Shown here piece by piece: positions 30,074 to 41,500 of a stretch of 64,000 nucleotides of DNA. The stretch's first letter is position 1. The number at the start of each line of letters is the position of its first letter. Made by a program: the position numbers and the translations under genes. The DNA comes from Planctomycetota bacterium. Its GTDB lineage: Bacteria; Planctomycetota; UBA1135; UBA2386. The notes under the pieces are model-generated. The model was not told where the DNA came from and did no database searches. It worked only from the letters and a program-made list of their open reading frames with translations. The DNA lies in the NCBI GenBank assembly GCA_965223545.1, contig OZ245006.1, positions 1,664,001-1,728,000 of the forward strand, in the 5' to 3' direction.

Positions 30074-32287
30074 CTACTCGCCGATGGTCCAGCGCAGACC
30101 GCTCGACATGGCCCCGAGGGCCGTGCCTCCAGCGCTCAGCACGGCGGCCTGCGAATACACATCGAGGCCGATCAAGCTCAGCTGCATCGGGATCGGCGTC
30201 CGCACGCTGGCAAACCCACCACCGTTGGTGACGATGGGCAGGCCGACGAGCCACAGGCTCGGGTCGACACCCAACGTGCAGCCGGCCCCCAGCGGCAACG
30301 ACGCCGGCCCGAGGCCAACGGCAACGACGCCGGCCCGGGCGGCACCCGCGCCGATCACGTCCATGCCGTAGTCGATGTTGCCGAGGAACGGCAGTCCGAC
30401 GGCGGCGAGCGCCGGGGCGGGGCCGAGCGGCTCGCATCCCGCGCCGAATGTGGCCACCGCGGCGACGCTCGTGTCACCGAACACCCACGTGTCGGCGAAC
30501 TGCACCGAGTTGCTGCCTCCGTTCAGGACCATTCGCTGGCGGGCCTCGTCGTAGGCCATGGCGTGGCCGGCGCGGGGCCCGGGAACGGCGGCACCGGTCG
30601 CGATTCGGTTCCAGTCGTTGCCATCCCACTCCCAGAAGTCGAGCCCGTTCCAGTACGAGAACAGCACGACCGTCCCGCGGCCGGCATCGTAGGCCATCTC
30701 CATGCGCGATCCCGGAGGCGGACTGGTGCCAGGTGACCGTGCCTGCCAACTCGACCCATCCCATTCCCAAGTATCCGCGAGGCTGTTGCCGGCCTCATCG
30801 CGCCCACCGAACAACACGACGCGTTGGCGCGCGGCGTCATACGCAACCTGGTGCCAGGTCCTCGGTGACGGACCGGTGTTGGCCAGCATGCTCCACTGGG
30901 TCCCGTCCCACGCCCAAGTGTCGCCGTTGGCGCTGGCGGAGCTGCCGACCGTCGCACCGCGATTGCCGCCGAACAGCAGCACGTGGCCCCGCGCCTGATC
31001 GTAGACCATCGCGGCCCCGGCCCGCGGTGAGGGCCGGGCGCTCGGCGTCCGCTGTCGCCAGTCGACGCCGTCGTACTCCCAAGTCTCGTCGTTGTGCGGC
31101 CAACCGCCGAAGACCACGGCGCGGCTGCGGCCGCGGTCGAAGGCGAACGCGTGGTTGAACCGCGGCGGTGGCGACGTCGACGGTCGCCGCAGGCGCCAGC
31201 GCGCGCCGTCCCACTCCCACGTGTCGTTCAGCGGGGTCACCACTCCTCGCTGACCACCGAACAGAACCACCCGCTCGCGCCGCGCGTCGTAGACGAGATC
31301 GTGGTTGTAGCGCGCAGGCGGACCCTGCCGGTTCAGCGACGTCCACCGCGTCCCGTCGTACTGCCAGCCCTCGGCGATCGGGCGCAACGACCCCTCCTGC
31401 CCGCCGAGAAGCACGATCCGCTGGAGTCCCTCGTGCCAGACGAGGGCGTTGTGCATCAGCTGATGTGGTGCCGGCGCCGCCGCGACCCAATCGGTTCCGT
31501 CCCACTCCCAGGTCTCGTCCAGAGCGGAGAAGGTTCCCCCCGTCTTGGTGCCGCCCACCATCACGACCCGTCCGCGCACCGGATCGTAGGCCATGGCGTG
31601 CTCGAAACGAGCTGCGGGCACCGTCGCCGGAAAGCGCTGCTGCCACGTCGCGCCGTCCCACTCCCAGGTATCCGACAGCACCGTTCGATTGGCGCCCTCG
31701 CCACCGAACAGGACGACGCGGCCGCGCGCGCGGTCGTACGCCATCGCGTGATTCTCGCGCGCGGGCGGCACGACAGCCGGCGTGCGCAACGTCCAGGACG
31801 CGCCGTTCCACTCCCAGGTGTCGTCGACCAGGGTCGGCAGCGGCGTGAACGCACTGCCACCGAAGAGCACGACGCGACTGCGGCCGCGATCGTAGGCCAG
31901 CGCGTGGTCGGTGACGGCCGGCGATGGACCCGCGCCCACCGTGACCCACGCCGCGCCGTCCCAGGTGTAGGTCGCGATGCTGTTGACCAGCACAGTGCGC
32001 TGACGCGCCGCGTCGTAGACCGCCGCGCCGGCCACGGGTGTGCTGCGGGGCGAACGCTGCAACCACCGGCCGCGGTCCCATTCCCACGTATCCCTGAAGA
32101 TGGTACTCCTCGCCGCGAGCTGACCGATCCCGCCATGGATGACCAGTCGATCGCGCACGTCGTCGTACACCATGGCGTGGGCGTAGCGCGGCGCGAAGTT
32201 CGGCTTGGCGACCCAGATCGGCTGCGCCGAAGAGGTCGCGACGAGCAGGAGGGAGACAGCGGCGGACATGAACGACGGCATTGGCAT
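30074..32287 (-). CDS. Secreted Kelch-repeat protein with conserved C-terminal domain
   Basis: About 12 repeats of P.AR..HAMAYD..R.RVVLFGG...DTWEWDG..W; signal peptide after ATG 32287. Confidence 0.88.
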   Translation of the reverse strand: MPMPSFMSAAVSLLLVATSSAQPIWVAKPNFAPRYAHAMVYDDVRDRLVIHGGIGQLAARSTIFRDTWEWDRGRWLQRSPRSTPVAGAAVYDAARQRTVLVNSIATYTWDGAAWVTVGAGPSPAVTDHALAYDRGRSRVVLFGGSAFTPLPTLVDDTWEWNGASWTLRTPAVVPPARENHAMAYDRARGRVVLFGGEGANRTVLSDTWEWDGATWQQRFPATVPAARFEHAMAYDPVRGRVVMVGGTKTGGTFSALDETWEWDGTDWVAAAPAPHQLMHNALVWHEGLQRIVLLGGQEGSLRPIAEGWQYDGTRWTSLNRQGPPARYNHDLVYDARRERVVLFGGQRGVVTPLNDTWEWDGARWRLRRPSTSPPPRFNHAFAFDRGRSRAVVFGGWPHNDETWEYDGVDWRQRTPSARPSPRAGAAMVYDQARGHVLLFGGNRGATVGSSASANGDTWAWDGTQWSMLANTGPSPRTWHQVAYDAARQRVVLFGGRDEAGNSLADTWEWDGSSWQARSPGTSPPPGSRMEMAYDAGRGTVVLFSYWNGLDFWEWDGNDWNRIATGAAVPGPRAGHAMAYDEARQRMVLNGGSNSVQFADTWVFGDTSVAAVATFGAGCEPLGPAPALAAVGLPFLGNIDYGMDVIGAGAARAGVVAVGLGPASLPLGAGCTLGVDPSLWLVGLPIVTNGGGFASVRTPIPMQLSLIGLDVYSQAAVLSAGGTALGAMSSGLRWTIGE

Positions 32288-32292
32288 TCCCC

Positions 32293-35003
32293 TCAGTAAC
32301 GGGTCACCGCGGTGCGCAACGGGTTGGTGAAGCGAGCGGCCGACGGAGTCGCCGCCGGCGCGACCAACGCCTGCCAGAAGAAATCGGCGCCGACCAGAGC
32401 AGCCGTGTTGGGCACGGTGAACGACCACACCACTGTGCCCGTCGTCGCCACCGGCATTGAGCAACTCAGCGTCGCCGGTCCGAGCGACAGCCAACCGAGC
32501 GATCCGATGCGCGCCGCCGGCGAGAGCGCGGTCGTGCTGGCGCAGAGCGCGGCCAGGATGCTCCCTCCGGCGGCACCCGGGTCGCCCGTGACCTCGATCT
32601 GCCACGGCCGACCGAGCCCCATGAGATACGGCGCGCGCAACGCCCGCGCCCGGTTGGCGAACACACGCAGTCCGCCGCCGACGTACTCGAGTGCATCGGC
32701 ATCGCCGTCTCGATCGACGTCGGCGAGAACGAGTCGCTTGGTGACCGTTGCGGGCTGTCCGAAGAACACTCGCTGGTAGCTGGCGGGAAACAAGGGCGAC
32801 GACAACGAAAACACGCCGTTGCCATCGTTCAACAGGACCTGCTCGACGCCCATGTTGTCGACCACGATCACATCGAGGTCGCCGTCGGAATCCAGGTCGT
32901 CGGCTTCGATCTGCTGCTGGTAGGCCGGCCACAAGGGCATCCGCGCCGCCGTCGCGTCGAAGAACATGCCATCGCCCGGGTTCTCCAAGAACATCGCACC
33001 GGGCGTCGCGTTGAGCCTCCGGCGCCTCAAATCTTCGAGCTTCGACAACATTTTCGAGGCGACGCCGCTGCCATGGCAACGGCGCCGCGGCGCCGGAGGC
33101 TCGGAGAGACAGTGCCTCTGGGCTCAGCGCGGCGGCGGATGTGTTGGACCTTCCAAGCCGCTCCGGCAAGAGCGGCATCCGAGTTGGTTGCGGCGGTGGC
33201 CGCGCTGAGCCTCGCGGCGGTCATGATGTCGAGGTCGCCGTCGCCATCGAAGTCCGCGATCTCCAGGTCGGTGCCGTGGAACGGGGCGTTCTGCATGATC
33301 ATCGTGAAGACGCCGGCCCCGTCGTTGCGAAACACCTCCATGCGCGAGCCCCGGGCGTGGACGGTATCCAGGTCGCCATCGCCGTCGAAGTCGAGCACTC
33401 CGAACGCGTCGATCTCGGAGGACGAGTTCGGGTAGGTCGAGCTGCAGGTGAAGCCACCGGCGCCGTCGTTGACGAGGAGATCGAGCGCGTAGCGGCCCGG
33501 ATACAGACCCGGATTCGTCTGCCGGCACATCAACACGTCCACCGCTGCGTTGCCGGCGAGATCTCCCGCCGCCAGCGTGATCGCCATGCCGCGCGGGTAT
33601 CCCGCCCGCTGGGTGAAACCGGCGCGGCCGTCGTTCAGGAACACACGCAGCTCGCTGTAGTGGCCATCGAGGAGATCCCCGTCGCCGTCGCCATCGACGT
33701 CGGCGATCAGGATCGCACCGGACTGCCCCGGACTGGCAATCGGCGGCAGGTGTCGGAAGCTGCCGAAACCGCTGTTCAAGAACAGCTCGGGCTCACCGCC
33801 GGCGAACGAGATGCTGTCGTTGGCGACGACGACGTCGTCGAGGCCGTCGCCATCGAGATCGCCGACCGCCCAGTCGACGAACGCCATCGCCGGCCGAGGA
33901 AACGGACCCGCAGAACCGTCGCGCCACTGCAGCCCGCCCTCGTTGAACAAGATCCTCCACGGCGCGCCGAACTCGACGAAGTCGAGATCGCCATCTGCGT
34001 CGGCGTCGAACGCCTGCGGCGCGGCGGAGTCGATCCAGGGCGGCATCGACGCCGGGGCCCGGGTGAACTGCGCCGCACCGTCGTTGAGCCACACCTCCGG
34101 CCCACCGGCGTCGAGCACGAGATCGACATCGCCATCGCCATCACAATCCGCCGCCAGGCTGCGCGCGACGCCGGCGCTGCCGACCGCCCCGGCGAACGAC
34201 CACCGAAAGCCGGCACTGTGAAGCAATAGCGAGTTCCCGGTCCTGCCGGTTGCCAGCCAGTCCAGATCGCCGTCGCTGTCGAAGTCGGCGTATGCGTCCG
34301 TCGGCGCCACCGACAGCGAGGAGGCGAGGGAGAACACACCCCCACCCGTGTTCTCCAACCAGACCGAGTTGACGTAGGCCCCGCTGGTGGAGCAAAGGAC
34401 ATCGGGGTCGCCATCGCCATCGGCGTCCACCGCGAGAGTGATCCCATTGACCGACGTCGCGGCAGTGGACCCGAGCGAGAACAGACCGGTGCCATCGTTG
34501 AGCAGGGTCTGGAGAGTGCCGGCAGGAGCTACACAGAGCAGGTCGGTGTCACCATCGCCGTCGACGTCTGCCGGAACCGGAGCGGAGCACAGCGTCAGGC
34601 CTGGGGCGAGGCTCGCGGCGGTGACGTCCGTGAAGTTGCCGGACCCGTCGTTGGCAAAGAGACTGCTCGACACGATCAGGTCGAGGTTTCCGTCCCCGTT
34701 GAGGTCGGCCAACCGCGGAGTCGTCCGGAACTGCTGCTGTGGGCCGATCGTCCCGTCGAGGATGAAGCGCCCGTGGCCGAGATTGCGGACGCGGTGCGCG
34801 GTGTCCAGAAACATCGCGATCAGGTCGCGATCGCCATCGCCGTCGATGTCGCCGTGAGCGAAGCCACCGAAGGTGCCGCCCGAAGGCAGGTGGGCATACA
34901 TCCGCTCGACAAAGCCGGGCTGGCAGGGCACCGCGGCAGCGAGCGACCACGCAGCGAGGAAAGCCACTGCAACAGCTTGGCAACGGTGGGGGCAACCGTG
35001 CAT
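32293..35003 (-). pseudogene. Secreted FG-GAP repeat protein split by a 194-bp insertion
   Basis: Two ORFs (35003-33027 and 33051-32293) both carry D.DGDGD.D repeats; deleting 33020-33213 gives the in-frame ...DLDIMTAARLNATPGAMFLENPGDG... Confidence 0.85.
33012..33213. mobile_element. Small gene-less structured insertion (194-bp unit) bounded by a TGAGCCTC direct repeat
   Basis: Direct repeat at 33012-33019 and 33206-33213; perfect internal inverted repeats 33013-33026/33089-33102 (14 bp) and 33121-33133/33199-33211 (13 bp). Confidence 0.75.
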
Positions 35004-35219
35004 TTCGAACGACTCGGGTGAGGCGAGGCCGTGGACGAACAGCGCGAGAATCGACGCCTTCCCCGACCCCGGCAGGGGATTCGCACAGCTTACTTGAACT
35101 CGGTGGCCGCGAGGAAGAGGCCCCCCATGCCGGGCGCCTTCCGCGATCGCCAAGCTCAGGCTAAGATCGACGACATGGCGTGGGCCGAAGACCCGAGCCG
35201 TCGCCCTTTGGAGAGTTTC

Positions 35220-36425
35220 ATGATGCTGAGTTCCAGAATGTCGTGGTTCGCGGTTGCCGCCTTGCTTCCCACGCCGGCGATGGCGCAGATCGGAGGCAGC
35301 GGCTCACTCGGAGCCTTCGCCCCGACAAGCGACGTCGTGCTCGACACGACCGCGGGCGGGGTGTTCGACTACACCTCGATCTCCGTCCCGGCCGGCGTCA
35401 CCGTGCGCGTCGTCGGTCCGAATCCCGCGGTGTTGTCGAGCCAAGGCGCAGTGGACATCGACGGCGTGATCGACGGCGACGGCAACTACCTCGACCCCGG
35501 CGCAGGCGGCTTCCGCGGGGGAGCGGCCGGCACCACCGGCGCGGGCGCGCCCGGCGAGGGACCGGGCGGAGGTCGCGGCGGCGAGCCATCGATCCTGGGC
35601 GGTCCCGGCGAGCCCGCCGCGCACGCCACACAGGGCTCGGGCACCGCGCCGACGTACGGTGACGATCTACCGCTGACGCTGCTGGGCGGCAGCGGAGGCG
35701 GCGGTTCCAGTGGCCCGGGGTTCACCGTCTTTCCAGCGCTCGACGGCGGCAATGGCGGTGGCGCGATCGCGGTCCTCGCCGACGGCCCGATCCGCGTCGG
35801 TGGGGAGATCCGCGCGTGCGGCGAAGACGTGCTCTACTGGACCACCTCGATCCCCGGCGGTCCGGGTTCGGGTGGCACGATCCTGCTGCGCTCCCTGCAG
35901 TCGGTCTCGGTCACGGGTGCGGTGCGCGCGACCGGCGGCGTCGCCGGCTACGCCACGCAGACCTTGTTCCTCAACCGAGGTGGCGACGGCTACGTGCGCA
36001 TCGACGCCTACGGTGGAACACCGGTGACCACCGGCGCGACGGTCGAGCCCGCGCCGCTCGCGGTCGAGCTGCCCTACTTGACCGAGCTCGCCCCTCCCGC
36101 GCTCGGCCAGCTCTGGCAACCGCGATGCGCCAGCGTGCCCGGAGACGTGCTGGGCTGGTGGCTGTCGATGCGAACGCTGCCGTCACCGGTGTTGATCCCC
36201 TTCGGTACTCTGTACTTGGACTCGGCGCCGGGCGCGGGATTCGTCTACGCCGGCGCTGTGACGACCCCCGCAAGCGGCATCGACCCGCTGGCCGGCGTCG
36301 ACTTTCCAGTGCCCACCGCACCGGCGCTCCGCGGCGTGACGTTTCACAGCCAGATGTTCAACATCTTGGGTGCGGTGACCGGGCGGCCGCGGCTCAGCGG
36401 ATTGCTGTCGTCGACGGTGCAGTAG
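35220..36425 (+). CDS. Secreted Gly-rich protein with conserved C-terminal domain
   Basis: Signal peptide (AMAQ), FDYTSISVPAGVTVRV, GGSGGGG/GGNGGGAI motifs, C-terminal VPTAPALRGVTFHSQ. Confidence 0.75.
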   Translation: MMLSSRMSWFAVAALLPTPAMAQIGGSGSLGAFAPTSDVVLDTTAGGVFDYTSISVPAGVTVRVVGPNPAVLSSQGAVDIDGVIDGDGNYLDPGAGGFRGGAAGTTGAGAPGEGPGGGRGGEPSILGGPGEPAAHATQGSGTAPTYGDDLPLTLLGGSGGGGSSGPGFTVFPALDGGNGGGAIAVLADGPIRVGGEIRACGEDVLYWTTSIPGGPGSGGTILLRSLQSVSVTGAVRATGGVAGYATQTLFLNRGGDGYVRIDAYGGTPVTTGATVEPAPLAVELPYLTELAPPALGQLWQPRCASVPGDVLGWWLSMRTLPSPVLIPFGTLYLDSAPGAGFVYAGAVTTPASGIDPLAGVDFPVPTAPALRGVTFHSQMFNILGAVTGRPRLSGLLSSTVQ

Positions 36426-36459
36426 GCGGCGTTGCCACGCCCGCCACCGCCGTAGCAGA

Positions 36460-37185
36460 ATGCCAACCGTGAACTGGCGCGTCGACATTGCGGATCCCGC
36501 CGAACGGCGTCGCATCCTCGCCGAAGTGGAGCGGCTCGCGCCGTGGTATCACTCGTTCGACCTAGCGGATTGGCTGGTGATCGAGGGGCGACACGCCAGC
36601 CGCACGACGCAAGAGGCGCTGGACCGACTGGGCTTTCCGGAACGCTTCGACGGCCAGAGCGTGCTGGATGTCGGCTGTAACTCGGGGCTCTACAGCTTCC
36701 TGGCGTTGACCCGCGGGGCCGCGCGCGTGGTCGGCGTGGAGATCGTGCCGAAGGCGTTGGCGCAGGCCGCGTTGATCGGCGAGCTGCTCGAGCTCGAGGT
36801 CGAATTCATCGAGGGCGACGTGCACGAAGTGGGTTCGGCCTTGGGGCAGTTCGATACGGTCATTTGCTCTGGCCTGCTCTACCACATCCACGACCCGACC
36901 AACGTTCTGCTCCGCCTCGCCAGCGTTTGCACCGGAACCCTGTTGCTGGAGAGCGAATTCCTCCTCGAGCCCGAGCTGAGCGAGACCGCCCGGTTCATCG
37001 AGGGAACGTACATGGAAGACGCAACCAACTGGTGGATCTTCGGCCCGACCTGCATGGAGCGCATGGTGCGCGCTTGCGGATTCCGCACCGCCGAGTTCCG
37101 CGGCTTCCACCGCGAGCCGCGCGGCGCTCTCAGTCCCGAGGGCATCCCCATGGGTGGCCGCGGCTTCTTGATCGCCACCAAGTAG
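36460..37185 (+). CDS. SAM-dependent methyltransferase (CmoB/DUF1698-like)
   Basis: PWYHSFDL, VLDVGCNSG, FDTVICSGLLYH, DATNWW. Confidence 0.8.
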   Translation: MPTVNWRVDIADPAERRRILAEVERLAPWYHSFDLADWLVIEGRHASRTTQEALDRLGFPERFDGQSVLDVGCNSGLYSFLALTRGAARVVGVEIVPKALAQAALIGELLELEVEFIEGDVHEVGSALGQFDTVICSGLLYHIHDPTNVLLRLASVCTGTLLLESEFLLEPELSETARFIEGTYMEDATNWWIFGPTCMERMVRACGFRTAEFRGFHREPRGALSPEGIPMGGRGFLIATK

Positions 37186-37193
37186 ACCGGCGG

Positions 37194-38543
37194 CTACGGC
37201 GCCGGCACCTCGATCTCGACGGACGGTCCGTCGGCCGGGGTCCAGCGCGTGACGTAGGCGTCGCGCGCGCTCGGGACTTCGACTGATATGTAGCGGACGC
37301 CATCGCTGGCACCGGCGCCGACCACGAACCGGCCCGCCGCGTCGGTGCGCACGACTTGGCGGGCGTGCGGCAGGATTTCGATCGGCTGCGACCAGAGCCG
37401 GTCACCGGCATCGCCGAGCTCCGCAACGGTGGCACGCATGCAGTCCTCGAAGTGCACGGCGACCGCGGCCCCAGCGATCGGCAGGCCACCGCTGGTCACC
37501 CACCCGCGCAACGTCGGTGCTTGCTCCAGCGCGAAGTGCAGCTGGGCGGGCTCGCCCGGTACCAGCCATGCTCGCTGTCGCGAGGCGTGGCAACGCGCGT
37601 GGAACACGTGCACCTCGACCTCTCCGGCGGGAAGCTCGACCAGCGAGCGCGCACCACCGGCGGCCACCGGAATCGGATGGACCCGATGCCACGGGAACCC
37701 GGACTGCGCGCCGCCAGCGGTTCTCGGCCCGATCCCGACCGGGAACACGTAGACGAGTGCGGGCGACGGCCCCGGGGCAGCGAGCAGCGAGACGTCGAGC
37801 TCGCAGCCCGGCTGCAAAGCGATGGTCAGTGGCTGCGCACGGTCGCGCGAAGTCGCCAGCTGGCGGTGCGCTGCGTGGCCGGGCGCGTGCACGACCAACA
37901 GTGCGGCACCCGCGGCGCGCTGGCGCAGCGAGAACGCACCGCGCGCGTCGGTGCGCGTTTCTTCTCCGTCCAGCAGGACCGAGGCGCCGGCCACCGGCGA
38001 GCCAGCGGCATCGACCACCGTCCCGGTGATCGCACCGAAGTCGCCGAACTCGATCGCGAGGTCGGTGGCACGCCCCGGCCGCAGCCGCAGCTCACGCCGG
38101 ATCCACTCCGCGCCGTGGCGCACCTCGAGCAGGCCAAACCCGGGGTAGAGATCGACACGAGAGAGCGTTCCGTCGGCCGCGCATTCGACCACCCGCCCCT
38201 TGTTGGGACCGGCCACGAACTCGACGGTCGCGGGGATTCCGCCTCCTCGACAGTGGACGAGACCTCGAAGCCCCGCGGTGCGCCCCTTCTCGACCACGGT
38301 CGCGGCGATCGCCGACCGGTGCTCGGAGGACTGGGGCGACGGTGGCGGGTCGCGCGTGGTATCGACGACCGCCGCAACGCCTTCGCCGCGAACCACGCCG
38401 GGAACGGCAACGCCTACGGCCGCGCGCCGAGCGCTCCCGATCCTGTCCGGCGTCGAGCCGAACGAGGTGCACGTCCACGCCAACGCAGTCGCCATGAAAG
38501 CGGCCAGCGCCACGCACCACCCACGGCTGCCATCCACCGCCAC
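37194..38543 (-). CDS. Secreted carboxypeptidase-regulatory-like domain protein
   Basis: ITGTVVDAAGSPVAGASV...RTDARGAF repeats; GTG start chosen just after the upstream stop (uncertain). Confidence 0.7.
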   Translation of the reverse strand: MAVDGSRGWCVALAAFMATALAWTCTSFGSTPDRIGSARRAAVGVAVPGVVRGEGVAAVVDTTRDPPPSPQSSEHRSAIAATVVEKGRTAGLRGLVHCRGGGIPATVEFVAGPNKGRVVECAADGTLSRVDLYPGFGLLEVRHGAEWIRRELRLRPGRATDLAIEFGDFGAITGTVVDAAGSPVAGASVLLDGEETRTDARGAFSLRQRAAGAALLVVHAPGHAAHRQLATSRDRAQPLTIALQPGCELDVSLLAAPGPSPALVYVFPVGIGPRTAGGAQSGFPWHRVHPIPVAAGGARSLVELPAGEVEVHVFHARCHASRQRAWLVPGEPAQLHFALEQAPTLRGWVTSGGLPIAGAAVAVHFEDCMRATVAELGDAGDRLWSQPIEILPHARQVVRTDAAGRFVVGAGASDGVRYISVEVPSARDAYVTRWTPADGPSVEIEVPAP

Positions 38544-38544
38544 C

Positions 38545-41500
38545 CTACTGTCCTTGTCGCTCGTAGGCCCCGACATCCACGGTCGCTCCGCCGCGACCAT
38601 CGCCATCGACGATCCGCGGCAGCCCGTCGAGATCGAGCTCGGGAAGAGGCTGGCGGCCAGCGACCCCGAGGTTGGTGTCGACGAAGTTCAAACCGGTGTC
38701 GACGCAGGGCGAGCCAGTGCGCAGACGGAGATCGGGGCCGGCGAGCTGAGTGAACAACGGGTCCGCATCGAAGTTCCCGGTGCCGGGCAACGGGATCGTC
38801 GCCAGTCCTTCGATGCAGCAGTGGAACGCCTGCATCGAAGGGGTCGTCCACTGCAGCTGCTGCTGGCCGAGCGGCAAGCCCGGCGGGTTGGGCACGACGA
38901 AGGTGTTGCCCCAGAGGATGCTGTTGCTGATCTGCATGATCCCTCTCGAGAACACCGCCGGGGCTCCCGTGTGGCCGACAATCATGCAGTTGGTCACGGT
39001 CACCGTGCCATCTCCGCGGATCGCACCGTAGACGTTTCGCCAGAAGCGACAGTTGGTGATCGTGTGCACGCCAGGCGACAGGCCGACTGCGGCGCTGGAG
39101 TTCGCGGTGAACTCGCTGTCGGTGATGTTGCAGTGGACGGGGTTCGAGAGAATCGTCATGGCCGAGATCGCCTGCGCCCCGTTGCGCGAGAACAGACAGC
39201 GTTCGACGTTGAGCGTCGGTGCCTCGTTCTTCAGCGGCAACACCATGATCCCAGCCCCCGTGGTGCTGCCGGGGACGCCGTTGGCGATGAAGGTGCAATC
39301 CCGCAGAGTGACCGTGACGTCTCCATCGAACTCCTTGGCGATGAACATGCCGGTGCCCCAGCCGGCTTGCTCGCCGCGGTTGAGCGCGAACACGCACTTC
39401 TCCAGGACGGGGGCCACGTCCGAGTCGCGTTCCTGCGTGACCGACATGCCCGCGCCGGTACCCACGACCCAGGACAGGGAATGGATCGTCAGCACCCGAT
39501 CCGGCGCGACGTTGCCGAAGAACAGCAAGTTGCGCAGGGTCGGCGACCCCTGGCAGTGCATGCCAGCCCCCAAGCTGTCGCGCCCCTCTTGCACGGTGAA
39601 GCCGTCCAGCGTGGCCGACCGGGCCGTCCCCGACGGCACGACAACGACCCGTCCGGCAAACCCGGCAGACAGGCTCGTCGCGTTGGTCAGCGGATCGGCG
39701 TCTCGCGCGGCGAGCTTGGTCTCGCCACCGGCAAACCCTCCGTAGAGAGCGAGCTCGTTCTGCAGCTCGAACGGCGCGCCGGGAGTCATGTACGTTCCCC
39801 GCGCGACCCAGATCTGCGAGGTCCGCTCCTGCGGCACGGTGCCACCATTGCGCGCGCGCGCGTCGTCGAGCGCCTCTTTCAGACTGACGAACGCCTTGCG
39901 CCACGTGGTGCCGTCTCCGCTCTGCGCGAGGCTGCTGTCCACGTGCAGGATAAGTGCTGGAATCGTCGGGAACGAGTCAACGCCGTCCGCCAGGCCGTCG
40001 CCGTCAGTGTCCGGATCGGTGGGATCGCTGCTGTCGCCCGGTGCTGTGGGATCGAGGCCATCGCGCTCGGCGGCGTCGCTCAGACCATCGCCATCCGTAT
40101 CCGTCAGCCGTGGGTCCGAGTAGACCCGCCGCGACCCGACCAACCAACCGTCCTTGACCTCGGTGATGTCGTCGAGCCCGTCGCCGTCGCTGTCGGAGTC
40201 GTTGTCGCTGGTGCCGTAGAATTCCTCTTCGAACTCGAACAGGCCGTCCTCGTCCTCGTCCCGGGTGTAGATGAGGCGGATCTCGTCGCCGGCATGCAGC
40301 ACGATGTCGTCGAAGCTGCGGTCGAGCTCGGCGTGCTCTCCGCGATTGCCGACGATCGCCCAGAACCTCGCCGGGCGCGTCGGCACCGCGCCGACCTCGA
40401 ATCGCTGGCCACGGACACTGGTCAACACCTCGACGTTGGGTGCCACCGGCTGGCCACCGATCGTCCCGGTGCGGACCTGGACGGTGTAGCCGGCGGCCGG
40501 ATCGTTCTTCTTCAGGCCGAGGATGTCGTCCATCACCTCGAACATGCGCACCCCCGCCAAACTGGAGTCGGGGTTGCGGTTGACGTTGGTGGCGACCCGA
40601 TAGGTCTCGACGCTGTCGCCGAAATCGATCTCGACGAGTGCCGTTCGCCGAAACGTGTTCTCGGTCAGGAACTTGAAGTTCACGCCCTCGGCGTTGCGCA
40701 AGTCGAAGACCGAGGGCTGCAGGATCAAGGAGCTCGGCCGCGCCAGGAACCGCTTGACGACCGCGGCATCGACGTCGGTGTTCGAGACCTCGAGCACGGG
40801 GGTCGATGCGCCCGGCGACAGAGTGAACTCCTCCTGCTTGGCCGTCAGCGTCGCCATCACCTTGAAGCTCCCCTCGTTGGGGGTCGCCCCCGGCGTCCAG
40901 TGCAGCACCGACGCACCGAAGTTCGTCAGCGTGAAGGTGGCAAGCCCGGTGTTCTTGACCCGGAGCGGAAAGCTGATGGTCCCCGACGACGAGGTCTCCG
41001 TCCGCTCCAGGCTGTCGGTGCGGTAGCGCGACGCCTCCTGCGTCGCTTCCTGTGAGGACTCCGTCTCGAAGTGCTGCTCGGTGGAGAAGTCATAGCTGGC
41101 CGTGGCCTCCACCGAGACGGTGGTGCTGACCGAGGCCGAGGGCGGCAGTGAGGCCTCCGCCGTGGCCGACACGCCAACCGTCAGCGAGCCCCCCGCCGAG
41201 TGGGTCGTCGCCCCCCCGCTGCGGCGCGCATTGCTCGTGCCGCGCGACATCGCGGTGCCGTATTCGGTCCCCGACCCGATCGACTCCTCGTACTCGACGT
41301 TGAGCCGCACGTCGATGTCGCCGTCGACGACGATTCCCGCCTTCGGCAGCTCGGCGACCCGCGGGTTGAAGAACGGGTCATCGGCCTCTTCGAAGTCGGT
41401 GCGCCCATCGCCATCGGTGTCCGCCAGCGTCGGCGACGTCTTGAGCACGACCAGCTCGTTGCGATCGAACAAGCGCGAGTTCGGTGCGAGAGATTGCGAC

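Noticed and set aside
30450..32200. CRISPR-like or DGR-like nucleotide repeats (also 48000-50500)
   Set aside because: Degenerate repeats explained by Kelch and ELWxxDGT protein repeats; no constant repeat-spacer pattern, cas gene or reverse transcriptase.
30074..33178. 1034-aa ORF as a single protein
   Set aside because: The first ~300 aa are an off-frame reading of the FG-GAP gene tail; the Kelch protein begins at its own signal peptide near 32287.
33012..33213. Known ribozyme, tRNA or classical MITE as the identity of the insertion
   Set aside because: No hammerhead CUGANGA core, no T-loop/CCA features, and no terminal inverted repeats pairing the two ends with each other; a covariance search was not possible.
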